DNA of 63,832 bases, the filler included, from Phoronis australis (Eukaryota > Animalia > Phoronida): the NCBI GenBank assembly GCA_002633005.1. It is 11 parts of 11 records of this genome, joined end to end, with 100 filler letters (N's around TTAATTAATTAA, not from the genome) between each part and the next. Parts side by side here need not be neighbours in the genome. Positions count along the whole stretch, not along the records: positions 1 to 16,982 come from NMRA01000327.1; 10 more parts are not named here. One strand, 5' to 3'. Every line of letters begins with the position of its first letter. Within the stretch, counting starts at the first letter, position 1. A model generated the notes under the pieces. The model ran no database searches and was not told where the DNA came from. It worked only from the letters and a program-made list of their open reading frames with translations. A program made the position numbers and the translations under genes. Shown one piece after another: positions 1 to 13,140 of this stretch.

Positions 1-1492
1 CTTACCTTTATTGTATTTGATGATTTGATTGTAACAAGGGCCGGAGGCCTAGTTATTGAATAAATATATATATATACTATGATTTAAACGTCTTTCACAA
101 AACAAAAGTGCAATAATCACAATTTAGAACATCAACATTGTTTCTGAGATCACTTCTCAAAACTTTTCATCAAATGATTTTCGATCATGTTTTGACACGG
201 TTGTTTAATTAACAATGGGTCTTCGGTTTTTGCTAGCTTTTAATGGTTTTTAAGAGAACATGCCTTGAAACTAGATGTGAGTCATAGTGCATTAATAAAG
301 ACATATGCCTGAATTACTGGCTAGTAGATTTTACACTTCCCTTTTCCATATCGAAAAAATGTCGGTCATGTTTCGATGACACACATGAACACAAACGTGT
401 AGTAAAAGCTAGAAGCTTTTATGATGTTTACAAGTTAACGGAACCTTGACTCTTGTACGATTTGTGTCAGTGGTCCTGCAGAACTTTTGGTATATTGTCA
501 TTGCTCGCAATGTCAGATCTCGCATGTTAATGGTATATTGGTCAGCCAAAGTCAGATAGTTCGACGAAAGGCCAAGTACCTAAAAGACCTAAAATAATGA
601 TAAAAAGAAGTCAACCCGCCCTTGTAAACAATGAAATCGTATGAACTGAAATGAAAACTACAAGTGAGAAAAAGTGTGGGGTAAAGTTATGAAATGCCGG
701 TATTGCTCGTTTTCAAAGACAAGCACATAAATAAATCCATCAATATCCACACAAGCCCGAAAGATTATTAGTTCGAAAACAAAAGGTTCGTATTTTCATG
801 TCACGAGGCATTTTGAACAGTGATATCGACCAAAATGTTTGGAGAGTTGTAAGCACGTGTCTTCTTAAAACAAATTCTTCGAACATCCAGTACCTCGGTA
901 AAGTATCCAAACAACGTTTGACAATGTGCACTGAACTGTCGCTTTTATTTTAATTTTCAGCTTTTGGTTTTCCGCCTCTAAAATGTTGCCGCTCCTTTGT
1001 CATTAACTTTCAATCACTGACTTCTCGTCTCTCAGATCGTCGCATTATTTTCGCACTAATAAGCTTTTTTCGAATTTGCTAACATTCAGGCTGATACGGC
1101 TTTTTTCAATGAATTTTCATTTGTTGTATTATGGCCACTGATTTGAAAACCTTCAAGGTATTGAGCTATACACTGCAGTATGAAACCCAAGCAACGATAC
1201 TTTACCTTCATAATTTTCGTCATAAATCTTTCTTCTTTCGTTTTGGTTTAGCGAAGGTCGCAGGTTATCTTTGGGGTATGGGTATGGGTATGGCGTGTAA
1301 ATAGACGAAAACATATATTTTGCCTCTGGTACGATTCTTGTCAGTGGTCCTACAGAAATTTTGGTATACTGTCAGTGTTCCCAATGTCAGATATCGCATG
1401 TTGATGGTGTGTTATTCAGCTAATGTCAAATAGTTTGATGAAAAGCCAAGTATATAAAAGGCATAGAATAATGTTATCAAATAGATGTTGAA

Positions 1493-1617
1493 ATGTCGTG
1501 CAGTTACCGACGGATAAAAAATAGTAATACTAAAACGAAGAGCGTCGGTACTAAAATATATTAAAATATCCCCACGTTTCGAGCGATGAGCTCTTTGTCA
1601 AGGGTGTGCTACAGACT
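1493..1617 (-). mobile_element. Penelope-like terminal-repeat fragment with a minimal hammerhead-like motif and a 5' inversion
   Basis: The minus strand reads CCCTTGACAAAGAGCTCATCGCTCGAAACGTGGGGAT. A homologous copy lies at 37808-37945. Confidence 0.5.
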
Positions 1618-1655
1618 GTACAATAATGTTAAAAGGAAGTGAACCCCCTATAAAA

Positions 1656-2988
1656 AACAAGAGCAACGCAGAGCGTTGAATGCGCCCACAATTGCACCGT
1701 ATACGGTATCCTTCTAGGGTTGTTTATTGGTACAATAAAGTGGCCAGTAGAGGGCATATATGTAGTATGTTGTACTTTGCAAAATGGAAAGGCATGGTCA
1801 TTGTCTCCTCAATAGGCTAGGGGCAAAATGTGAGTGATCTTCATAATACAAGCACATCCTATACATCAGTTGCTTAAAGCACCACAGAAACATAGAATTA
1901 AAAACAAATTTACCAACATACGAGATTAGCACANNNNNNNNNNNNNNNNNNNNNNNNNNNNNNNNNNNNNNNNNNNNNNNNNNNNNNNNNNNNNNNNNNN
2001 NNNNNNNNNNNNNNNNNNNNNNNNNNNNNNNNNNNNNNNNNNNNNNNNNNNNNNNNNNNNNNNNNNNNNNNNNNNNNNNNNNNNNNNNNNNNNNNNNNNN
2101 NNNNNNNNNNNNNNNNNNNNNNNNNNNNNNNNNNNNNNNNNNNNNNNNNNNNNNNNNNNNNNNNNNNNNNNNNNNNNNNGGATAGCGTCATCGCACTAAT
2201 AGGTGCCTACATACCAAATTTCATGAAAATCCGTTAAGGACTTGTGAAGATACAGAGGTAAACGTAAAATAATAAAATTGCCACTAGGGGGCACACTGGT
2301 AGGCGCATCCGTCCAAAAGTCGTCATCGTCTGTTGTTAACATCATATAAATACACTTATTAAATTTGTAAAGATCCTGCGAACGGTTTAGGAGATACAGC
2401 CATAGGCGCAAAAAAAAAACTGCCACTAGGCGGCGCCTTAGTAGTCCAAATCGTCTGAAATCATTGTCAGCTGTCTTCTTTATAGTAAGCACATACATGC
2501 CAATTTTCAAAATCATCCTTTGAGCGGTTTGGTTGATAGAGGGGTGGATGTACAAAAACAGACTCCGAAACACTAAAAATGGCCACTAGGTGGCGCAAAC
2601 TATGTCGAATCCATCTGAAAACGGGAGGACAGCGTCATCTCACTAATAAGTGCCTACATGTACATACCAAATTTCATGAAAATCCGTTGAGGACTTTTGA
2701 AGATACAAAGGTAAGCGTAAAAAACTAAAATTGCAACTAGGGGGCACACCGGTAGTCGGACCCGTCTGAAAGTTCGCACATGCCGTCCCATTCATGAATG
2801 AGACATATGTGCCAAATTTCATGAACGTATGTCAAAGGGTTTTGGAGATAGAGCAGCGGACGCCGGACGCCGGACGGACGCCGCCCGGACGGACGGACGG
2901 ACGGACGGACGGACGGACGGACGGACAGACGGACAGACGGACGGACGGATGGCATAATGCGTCCACATATAAATATGTGGGCGCATAA
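1656..2988 (+). mobile_element. Non-autonomous Helentron/DINE-1-like (HINE) element, copy 1 (contains assembly gap 1934-2179)
   Basis: Starts AACAAGAGC with hairpin CAACGCAGAGCGTTG and subterminal ATGCGCCCACA. It has internal ~145-bp repeats, a (GGAC)n tract and a 3' stem-loop ATGCGTCCACATATAAATATGTGGGCGCAT. There is no TSD, and the empty site is visible in the paralogous unit at ~620-635. Confidence 0.75.
2866..2950 (+). repeat. (GGAC)n microsatellite inside the HINE element
   Basis: Read directly from the sequence. Confidence 0.95.
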
Positions 2989-4535
2989 TGAAATGATATG
3001 ATCTGAATTGAAAATTTCAAGTGAAAAAAGTGTGGGCCAAAATTATGAAATCGCGGTATTCATGACTCCAAAGGTTTGCAAGTAAACAAATCCATCAATT
3101 CAAATATCCTCACAAGTCCGAGAGACCATTAGTTCGAAAGCTAAAAATTCAAAAAATTTCATGTCACGAGGTTCTGAACAGTGATTTCGAACAAAATGTA
3201 TGGAGATTTGTAAGCACGTGCCTCCCTGGAACCAATCCTTCTAAGAGCCAGTGCCTTGGTAAAGCATCCAAACAAAGTTTGACAAAGTGCACTGAACTGT
3301 CGCTTTGATTAACATTTCAACTTTTGGAATACAGTCACTAAAATGTTGTTGCTCTTCTGACGTTGAAGTTTGAATCACTGGCTTCTGGTCTCTTTAATAT
3401 TCGAACTGTTTTCGAACTAATAAGCTTTTTGTCGAGTTTGTGAACCTGCGTCCCGATAGGGCTTTTTATAAACATTCCCGTTTGTCGTATAATGGGCACA
3501 GATTTGAAAACATTAAAGGTATTGAGCTTCACCCTATTTAATGCAATAGTTTACCTTCATAATTTTCGTCTGAAGAACTTCTTCATCCGTTTTGGTTATT
3601 CGAGGATCGCAGCGTATTGCTGGGGTATGGGTACTGCGTGTAAATACACAAAACGTGTATTAAAAAATTTACAAACAATCGCCAAATCAACTGTTTTCAA
3701 TATCTCACACGCAGATCAATTGAAAATCCTTGTCCTTACTCCGCCAGAAATTGATACCGGGAACCACAGCCTTGCTCCATTCCGTTATGGCATCTGTAGA
3801 GGAATTCAAATAATGACATTCAGCATACATTTTGTGACTTCGAACGTCAGTTGGATTAATTGGTGATGTTTTTAGGGTTGTTAGGACTGGTATTAGCATT
3901 TAATTGGAACTGTTGGCGGGATTAGAATGTGTGTTTGCATAAACGTTAATGCACAAGCAAGAAAAGCAACAAACGTCTAGTCCAAGCGAATGATACTACA
4001 ATTGATAGATGGACAGATCTACAGTATATCTATTGGAATAAATGAGCGTAATCACGGCCAAAGCATATATGAGAAGAACCCAGAGTAAGTACAATTAAAA
4101 TACAGCTAACACTAGAAATGTATTTCAACGACCTGGACAGCACAGTGTTGTAACAGGTGGAGAACTGTAACTGCACGTGTCAGCCAGTCCAAAATGTTAT
4201 CAATAACGAAAGTAACGCACACCAGTCGTAACTTGTGTATCGGTAAGACAGCATCTCATGACGTACGCCCTCAAAGAAGAGGAAATTTCCTGGATTTTTT
4301 ACTTTTCCTATTCTGGTGTCATTACATGGTGACAGTTCAGTGACATTCTTGTTCGCTGCCAGTGGTGGCAAGGACAGCGTCCTGCTACTTCGGATGCTGC
4401 GTGGCCCTAGAAAGTGTCCACATTTCTCTAATTTTACAGGTTGATATCTTAGAAATAGCAGTTCAGATTTTTGTAAAATCTCCCATGTTAATGGTATACT
4501 GGTCAGCCAGTAGTTTGACGAAAGAACAAGTCCCT

Positions 4536-6229
4536 AAACAAGAGCAACGCAGAGCTTTGAAATGCGCCCACGAATGCATGCCATCGCAAATGGTGTGCTT
4601 TTAGGGTTATTTATTTGTATCATAAAAATGGCCACTAGATGGCGCAAAAACGTACATTCCATCCAAAAACGGGAACATGCCATATTTCACAAAAATCTGT
4701 CAAGAAACTTCAGAGAAACAAAGGAAAACAGAATAACATGAAACTGCCACTTGTGGGCACAGCGTTCGTTGGATCCGCCTGAAAGTCGTCGTCTGTTGTT
4801 ATCTTCCTATAAATACACTTACTTAAGTTAATAAAGATCCTGAAGTGGGTTTAGGAGATATCGCTATGGGCGCAAAACGAAACATAACTACCACTAGGAG
4901 GCGCCACACTAGCCAGTTGCCATCATCAAACGTCCTCTTTGCACTGAAAACATATACAGTGTACGCCAATTTTCAAAACTATCCCTATAATGATTTCGTT
5001 GATAGAGGAGTGGACGCCAAAACAAGATTTGAAAACAGCAAAAATGGCCACTAGGTCGCGCAAAATACCTCAATTCTATCCAAAATCATAGATACCTATA
5101 TTCACAACTTTTTATGAAAATCTGTTGAGGACATTTGAAGGTGCCGACTGGTAAACGTAAAAAACTAAAATTGCCACTTGGGGGCACACCAGTAGTCAGA
5201 TCCGTCCGAAAGTCGTCGTCGTTCGTTGTCAACATCATATACATGTAAATACACACAAATTAAGTAATAATCCTGCAAACGATTAAGGAGATACAGTCAT
5301 GAGCGCAAAAAATGTGCCACTAGGAGGCACCACAGTAGTCAAAGTCGTCGGAAAATCATCGTCAGCCGTCCACTTTATAGTAAAAACATACATGCCAATT
5401 TTCACAATTATCCTGAAAGCGGTTTCGTTGATAGATGAATGGACGCCAAAAACAGACTCGAAAACAGTAAAAATGGCCACTAGATGGCGCAAACTAGGTC
5501 GAATCTATCTGAAAACGGACAGATAGCGTCACTTAATAAACAGATGCGTGTTTTATGAAAATACGTTGAGGACATTTGAACACACAGAGGTAAACAAAAA
5601 AAATAAAATTGCTAGTAGGTGGCACACCGGTAGTCAGATCTGTCCGAAAGTCGTTGTCTTCCGTCGTCAACTTCACATAAATACACTTACTAAATTTATT
5701 AAAGATCCTGCGAACGGTTTAGGACATGCAGCCATAGGCGCAAGAAACTGCCACTAGGAGGAGCCATAGTAGTCGAAGTCGTCGGAAAATATCATCGTCA
5801 TACATGCCAATTTTCACAATCATCCTTTGAGCGGTTTGGTTGATAGAGGGGTGGACGCAAAAAGCAAACTCGAAAACACCAAAAAATGGCCACTAGGAGG
5901 CGCAAACTACGTCGAATCCATCTGAAAACAAAAGGTTAACCTCATCTATCTAATAGGTGCCTATGTACCTATTTTTTCAAAAATCCGTTCAGGACTTTTG
6001 AAGTTACAGAGGTAAACGTAAAAAACTAAAATTGTCAATAGGGGTCACACCGATAGTCGGATCCGCCTGAAAGTTTGCTCATGCCGTCCCATCCACGGAA
6101 GAAACACATGTGCAAAACTTCCTGAACATACGTCCAGGCGTTTTGGAGCGGACGCCGGACGCCGGACTCCTAACGGATGGACGGAGCTGACGGCATAATG
6201 AGTCCACATATAAATACGTTTGCTCATAA
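4536..6229 (+). mobile_element. Non-autonomous Helentron/DINE-1-like (HINE) element, copy 2
   Basis: Same 5' end (AAACAAGAGCAACGCAGAGCTTTGAAATGCGCCCAC), about 11 internal ~145-bp repeats, a degenerate GGAC tract and 3' end ATGAGTCCACATATAAATACGTTTGCTCAT. Confidence 0.75.
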
Positions 6230-9200
6230 AACCTATAATCAGGTTCGAAAGAAGTTAATCCCCTCGAAACAATGAACCCATATGATCTGAATTGAAAACT
6301 ACAAGTGAGAACAATTTTAGGCGGAAGGTATGAAATAACGGAATTCGTGGCTCCGAAAGTTAACAAGTCTACAAATAAATAAATCCGAAGATCAACACAA
6401 GTCTGAAAGAATATTAGTTGTTTTCATATCAGTTTGATAGGGCTGTTTTTAGAAACATTTTTATTTGCCTGATAGGGTATTTAATTTAAAAAAGTCATTC
6501 AATGTTACATAACTTGCCTTCAGGCTTGCGAACCTTCGGAGTATCGAGCTCCATCTTATTTATACTAATGCACTATGACTTGCAAGCTACCTTAAATTTC
6601 CTTCTTAATTTTAATTTTCGGTTGTTAATTTTAAGTCTTTCATGCTTCTTCTTCCGACTTGGTTATCCGTGAGTCCGATCGTATCGTTGTGGCGTGGGCA
6701 TGGTAAGTAAATAAACGAAAACGTTCATTAATAAAATTTACAAACAATCGATAAATCAACTATTGTTTTCAATTTGCCACTCGGAAACTAATTCAAAAAT
6801 CCTTGTCCCTGTCACGGTAGTAATCGATCACGGGAACCACTGTTCAGCTCCATTTGATCTTGGCATTTGGAGAGGAATTCAAATAACACCACTCAGCATG
6901 CATCTTGTGACCTTCAACGTCGTTTGTATTTATTCATGCTGTATTTCTTGATATGTTAGGATTGGTGTTAGCATGTTAGTGCAATTGTTAGTCGGGATTA
7001 AAAAGAGTGTTAGCGTCAACGCGAATGTACCAGCAAGACAAGTAACAAACGCTTAGTGCAAGCAAATGGTAATAGATTAATGGATGGAGAGCTTCTATTC
7101 GAAGTACATGTGCGTCATCGCAACCCAAACACTAATACTTGAGTACAACCCAATTATCTGGACACCATACATTTGTCACAGGTGAGTAACTGTAACTGTA
7201 AGTGTCAGCCAGACAAAAATGTTATCAATAACGAAAGTTACACACCTCTATCGCCCTTCATGTATCGGGTAAGACAGGATCTCATGGTCTACGCCCTCAC
7301 GTAAGAGGCAACTCCTTTTTTTACCTTTCCGGCTCTGGTGTCATTTTGCGTTGGTGCTTCAGCGACATCTTGGCCGGGTGCACTGCCAGTTGTGGCGAGG
7401 TCCTGTATGACCATAGAAAAAACGTCAACATTTCTCTAACTTTGAAGCTTCAAAATCGTGTACACTTCCCCAACTTTGAAGTTTTATATTTCAGAAATAG
7501 CTATCCAGATTTATGTAAAACTTCCAAATCCAAGGACTTAAACACCGTTTACAAAACGAATTCAAAATAAAGTCATGATATTTTAGAACATTAATAAATT
7601 TTTGAAATCACGTCTTGGAACATTTTCATCAAATGAAAATCGAACTTGTTATCGATACCGTTGTTTTGCTATTACTGTGCTTTTCTTTTCTTTTTCGCTA
7701 AATTTTACTTAAGGGAAATATTTTTGTGAGGCAATCATTATGAATATCATACAAGTAAAAACCTAAATTTCAAATTCTTCTTGGGTTTCTAGTTTCCGAT
7801 AATATAAACATTTAAGTAATTAAAATATTTAATTTTGTAAAAAATTAGCTAAAATAGCATACTTGGCAAATAAAGTCCAATCAACCTTCGAGGGCGAATT
7901 TAACATACATGAGCCGAGTTGAGACTATTTCATATGTATTGTGAAGTATACATTGAAAGAAATTTGGTTAGGAAAGTAAAACGATGTCAACAAACTAGTA
8001 TAAAACATTTTAAATGATTTTTTTCTCATGAAAGTTGAACGGTAATACGCTTTTCAACTCTGTTGTCAGTCGTATTTGTGGTACTGCAGGAACTGTTTGA
8101 TGCACTGTAACCCGTCGTGACGTCGTAGTCCTGTATGGTCCCGTAAGGATGATGAACCTTATATTGGTGATGTCAACCAATCCACTTTCTGTCACCTGCA
8201 TTGCATCTTTAGTGTCAAATCTTCCAAAATAAAAGCAGGAACCATCTGAAAAAACTCATATTAGATTTTTCACGTCGCTTTTCCAAATAAAACACCTGAT
8301 CAATCAAGTGTTGATGGCTCAAATGAGTACAGACATGTAGTCAAAACCGGTAACTGCCGGAATATTGATTTACAGCTGAACGGCACCATATCTTTGGCCC
8401 TGGTGTCATTCGTGTTAGTGGTCCTTCTGCACTTTTGGTACATTGTAACTGCTCGCGACGTCAGGTGCCGTGTGTAAATGGTACACTAGTCAGCCAACGT
8501 CCACTAGTTCGACGACTTGCCAAGTAACTAAAAATTGCACAATAAGAAGTGATCAACCTTATATGACCTAAATTGAAAACTTGAAGTGAGAAAGAATGTG
8601 TACAGAGTTTCTATGAAATTAAGGTATTCATGGGTCGCAAGGTTTGCAAGTCTAAAAATCCATAAATCTGAAGACTTATCCACACGCAATTACGAAAACC
8701 CACCAAAGGTTATAAATTTGAACTTTCATGACACTCGGTTCCGAACAGTGATTTTGAGCAAAGCAAAACGTTCAGGGATTTATTTGCACACGGCTGCTTG
8801 AAACTAGTTCTTCGAAGAGCCTGTGCCTCTCAAAACGGGATCCAAACATGAAGTTGGGCGATTCACTGAGTTGCTGTAGTTATTTACATGTTCGAAGTAT
8901 GGTTTGTCGCCGCCAAAATTTTGCTGCTTGGCTGTCGTTGACTTCGAATCGCTGGTTTCTGGGATAAAAGACCTTCGTACTAGTTTCGAACTAACTATTT
9001 TTTTTCTTTCTGTCGGATTTGTGAACCTTCGGCCTTATAATGCCTTTTTATTCATTTGTGGTATTATGAGAGTTCGAACTTGTGAACCTTTGGAGTATCG
9101 AGCTGTACCATATTTACACTAATACAGTATGACACGCAAGCAACGTTAGATTACACAGCCCCCCTGTTAGATTATCTTCTTAATTTTCGTCTTCCACCTT

Positions 9201-9394
9201 TCTTCCGTCTTGGTTATCCGTGGGTCGCAGCTTGTCGTTTATGTATGGCGTGCAAATAGACAAAAACGTGCAGTAATGAAATTTACAGATAATCGGCAAA
9301 TCAACAATTGTTTTCAAGTTGACACTTCGAGACTAATTGAAAAATCTACCAAGGCAGTTATCGATCACGGGAACCATTGTTCTGTTCCATATGT

Positions 9395-10080
9395 TGGGGG
9401 TCATCCTGATGTGTTCCCGTTTTATGCATATCGGGATTCTACATATGTACGTGTCCGGGCTCGGTACGACCAGTTTTCAATGCATCGGACAGAGTTCTAT
9501 GTGTCCTATTGTGGTAGCTGTGATTGTCCCCCTGCAGAGAATGTCCTAGCTGCATGTATTTGAATGCCGGTGTACTGGCACGTTAATCAGTGGATTAGCC
9601 GGATGCTTCATTCAAATACACACAAGCCGGACAATTTCTCCAGGGGGACAATGGCTAATTTCACACCGAGTTCTATGTGTCATTGCATGGTCAGTGCTCG
9701 ACGAGCCAAGAAAATTAACATACCCAAGTTCACCGTTTGCGACCTAGCCGAAATCTCGAACACTAAAGGCGCATTTGCAAGAAGTGAGCTTGCATTCCAA
9801 AATTCCAGGGGGCATTGCTTTATCTGACAACGACCAGAATCCAATGCAACTAAGGAGAATGCATAAAAATAGCACGTTAATTTATTACTTGTTGAACTTA
9901 TGCCCTAAATCACGATAGAAAAGCACCTGAAAAGTGTTAAGTGGGCATAAATGGCAAGTGTTGCTAAAACTTGCACACTCGTCCGCTTAGCGTCTGGACT
10001 ATTACGCAAAACATCGGGACACAAAAACCCGGGACAGATAGGTTCCGGAGTCCATAAAGCGGAACGCATGTTAGGGCCCT
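9395..10080. mobile_element. Probable old TIR DNA element inserted in the fourth duplication unit
   Basis: This sequence is absent from the paralogous units. The ends are diverged inverted repeats: GGGTC..ATGTGTTCCCGTTTTATG versus the reverse-complemented right end AGGGCC..ATGCGTTCCGCTTTATG. Confidence 0.4.
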
Positions 10081-11499
10081 AGTTAGTATGTTAGTACAAT
10101 TGTTAGTCGGAATTAGAAAGAACGTTAAATTCACCAAGTCAAATAACAAACGTTTAGTGCAAGCTATTGATAATACATTTGATAGATGGATAGATATATC
10201 TATTTAATAATAATAATAATAATATCACTTATTGTACATCGTGAGCTTTGCTTACTCATACAAAAATACATAAATTCAAATGTATATTCAGAGTATTTAC
10301 ACGGACAGCAGTTCTTCTCTTAAAGCCATAGTCTTTTCAGTGAATATCCAGTTGAATAAATGTGCGTCATCACGACCCGAACACTAATGTAAGAGTATAA
10401 CCCGAAGTACAACTACTGTAAAATACAGACGCCACTTAAAACATATACGTATTACAACTACCTGTACACCAAACAGTTACGACAGGTGGAGAACTGTAAC
10501 AGCAATCAGCCAGACAAAAACGTAATTAATGACAGAAGTTACGCACCTGTATCGTCCTTCATGTATCGGGTAAGACATCATATCCTCACGGTGCGCGCTT
10601 TCAAGGAAATGGCCACAATCTGAAACAGCAGGCCGACCCACTCAAAGGGAAACGTTCAAGGGTCATGCTATTACTTCTCAGGAGGGGTTATTGCGCTTTC
10701 CAACGAACTACGAGCACACCAAGTAATCGAAGTGCAGCAACCAGGTAACCACGTCATTACACAATCCAGATCAATAAACTCGCCTTTTAGAGATACTGAA
10801 TACCAAAAGAGTGTTTTCAATGGAAAATAGTGCCACATGTCATCTTGAAGTGAAGAAACGGGAGAGATCTCCGAGGGCATTGCATATGAATGGAAACTTT
10901 CAAAAACTAAACCGCATGGGGGCAACGACGAAGTTAGATGCAGGTCGCTCGTAAGTCTTGATTCGTGAACAGAGATTTGCCTTAGGGGTCGTGGTCTCTC
11001 AAACGGATAGGTCGGTGTTTTTTGTTTCCTGTCAGTCAACTTTCGATTCAGGAACTCGTATTGCTTTCCACTATCAGGCTCTGCCCGCCCGTGATTAACG
11101 CGAACCCTACCGGTCGTAGCATGAGAATATCCGTAGCCAAAAGTGATATGTAAAGTGTTGCTATAAATCTGTCTTAATAGTAAAGTAAATTTGTACAACT
11201 GTATGCGCGAATTTTCTCTTTAACCTATTAAAACGAGTCTTAAAACAAAATTAACAACAACAGACGCACCTGTACAACCTGGGAAGCTCATTTATATTGA
11301 GAAGCAAATTGTTGAAGGCACTGCATTCATATGTTGTCACACAGGTCATATGTTGGTCACATCACGTGAAGACGTGTCAAACATGTAAATTGTTACTGTG
11401 GCACAATTAATTTTCTATGCAATTTACATAAAAAACAACTATCGAGTTTAGCATTATGTAAAATTTGAGCATTTGTTTCAATACTACATTTGTCTAAGG

Positions 11500-12275
11500 T
11501 TTCATTACAGAGCAGGTGTCGGATCGAGTCTACACAGTCACTTGTCTTTGAAAGTTTATTATTGGAGTTCATGGTTATTATTCAAAAACTTAATAACGTT
11601 GTAGAATATATTTATTCATGTAATGACGATGGTATTCTTCTATGTCACAATGTTTCCGATGTGAAAGTTTTGTAATATGCTGATGATATGGCTTTGTGTA
11701 CTTAATCTCCAGTTAAACTGCAAAAACTACTGTGTGCTTTAAGTAAGTTCTGCCAGGAATGGAGCGTGTCTGTAAATTTAGTGAAGACCACTGTGATGGT
11801 GTTTAGAAACGGAGGTCCCTTGAGAAATTGCGAGATGTGGTATTTTGGAGGTGAAAAACTCGCAGTGATTTCCATGCCAGCTACAAGTATCTTGGTGTTG
11901 TGTTCACGCCAAAGTTATTGTGGACTATGGCTGCTCAGACCCTGTCAGCCCAAGCCACGGAGGTAGCCATTACAGTCGACAAGCTACAAAGAAGCTGGAC
12001 CATATTTCAACCACGTGTGGCTTTTGAGACATTTGATAAAATAAGTTACCCCAGCTCATGCTATGGAGCCGAAACATTGGGGCTTACGAGAATACAAGTG
12101 GTTAGAACAAGTGCAAATTAAATTTTGCAGGCGTGTATTGGGTGTAGCTAATTCATGCTGAAACAATGCTGCACTGCGCGCATGTCGGCGGTTGCCATTA
12201 TTTACTAATACATGTAACTATGTTGCCGTGATCACGTATTGGTTCAAACTTCTCAAAATGCCTCCTCGCATGACT
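11500..12275 (+). mobile_element. Degenerate non-LTR retrotransposon (LINE) reverse transcriptase fragment
   Basis: A broken frame gives L*YADDMA (TAT at 11676), LQKLLCALSKFCQEWSVSVNLVKTTVMVF, YKYLGVVFT, CYGAETLG, VQIKFCRRVLGV and YWFKLLKM. Multiple stops and frameshifts. Confidence 0.9.
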
Positions 12276-12328
12276 TTGACCAAAATGGTTGGCACTACCT
12301 AAATTGAGCCATATCACTTAGACTTATA

Positions 12329-13140
12329 CAGCCGATTTCATAAAGGTGGTTTAAAGTTAAACCTGGTTTAAACTGGACTTAGACCAGGCTTAAAGATAAT
12401 CTGCATTTCATAAATGTGGCTTAACTTTTAGACCAGTGGTCTAGTAAAACCTGCCGTAACTCTAACTGAGACCTGGTCTAAGTCAGTTTTCATTTCACCA
12501 GCGGAGTCTATATTCTTTAGATCTGTATTAAGATCTTAAACCAGGTTCAACTTTAGACTTGGTCTGACCTAGGTTTAATTGTTAAATATGACAGACTTGC
12601 ATGATATAGGTGCAACTGAATGAGGCCGCGGTGTGCATTTACGACTATTTTCAATATTCAGTTTTACAACGACACAAGATCAAACGTAGCAGGGGCGGAT
12701 CCACGACTATTAAGGAGAAGGGGTAGGTCAAAGACTTTTGAAAAAAGGGGACCAAGTCAACAATTTGAAAATTGTAGATTTGATCTCACTAAAATCAAGC
12801 AAAAGGGAAGTCCGGACCCCTTGACACCCTTGGATCCGCCTATGTGTAGATTAACTCGTGCTGGATAGTGTCCTGCGGATTCTTCAGAATACGTCTGGTT
12901 GAGCAGGGCGTCATCGTCATAAGCGCTACGGGTTTGACTGAAGACAGCATTTTCTGATTCTTCTGAGTGTGTACCATTGCATACCCACGTGATCATTTTT
13001 TCATTGAAGCACTTCTGAGTTTCTTTGTTGGGTTAATCCAGATCGACACAGCATCGTGGCTTAGACACTTTACTGGTTTAGAAAGACCAGCTTTAAGTCT
13101 TAAACATGGTTTTGTTAAAGCACCTTTATAAAATCGGCTG
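12329..13140. mobile_element. MITE, PIF/Harbinger-like
   Basis: Ends CAGCCGATTTCATAAAGGTG and CACCTTTATAAAATCGGCTG are a 19/20 inverted match. Confidence 0.8.
12690..12844. mobile_element. Nested small MITE with CA(G/T)RGGCGG-type termini and a 5-bp TSD
   Basis: CAGGGGCGGATCCA...TGGATCCGCCTATG flanked by CGTAG and TGTAG. Confidence 0.7.

Larger units (their letters stand above)
440..10590. repeat. Diverged tandem segmental duplication, about four copies of a multi-kb unit, interrupted by TE insertions
   Basis: The same blocks recur in the same order. GAAAACTACAAGTGAGAAAAAGTGTGGG-like: ~654, ~3010, ~6294, ~8575. GTCAGTGGTCCT..GTCAGCC: ~465, ~1340, ~8415. CAGGTGGAGAACTGTAAC..GTATCGGGTAAGACA: ~4153, ~7178, ~10482. 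Confidence 0.8.

Noticed and set aside
10671-11198. 175-aa minus-strand ORF
   Set aside because: It has a non-ATG start and no recognisable motif or splice context. It lies between short GGTGCG/CGCACC ends and is probably TE interior.
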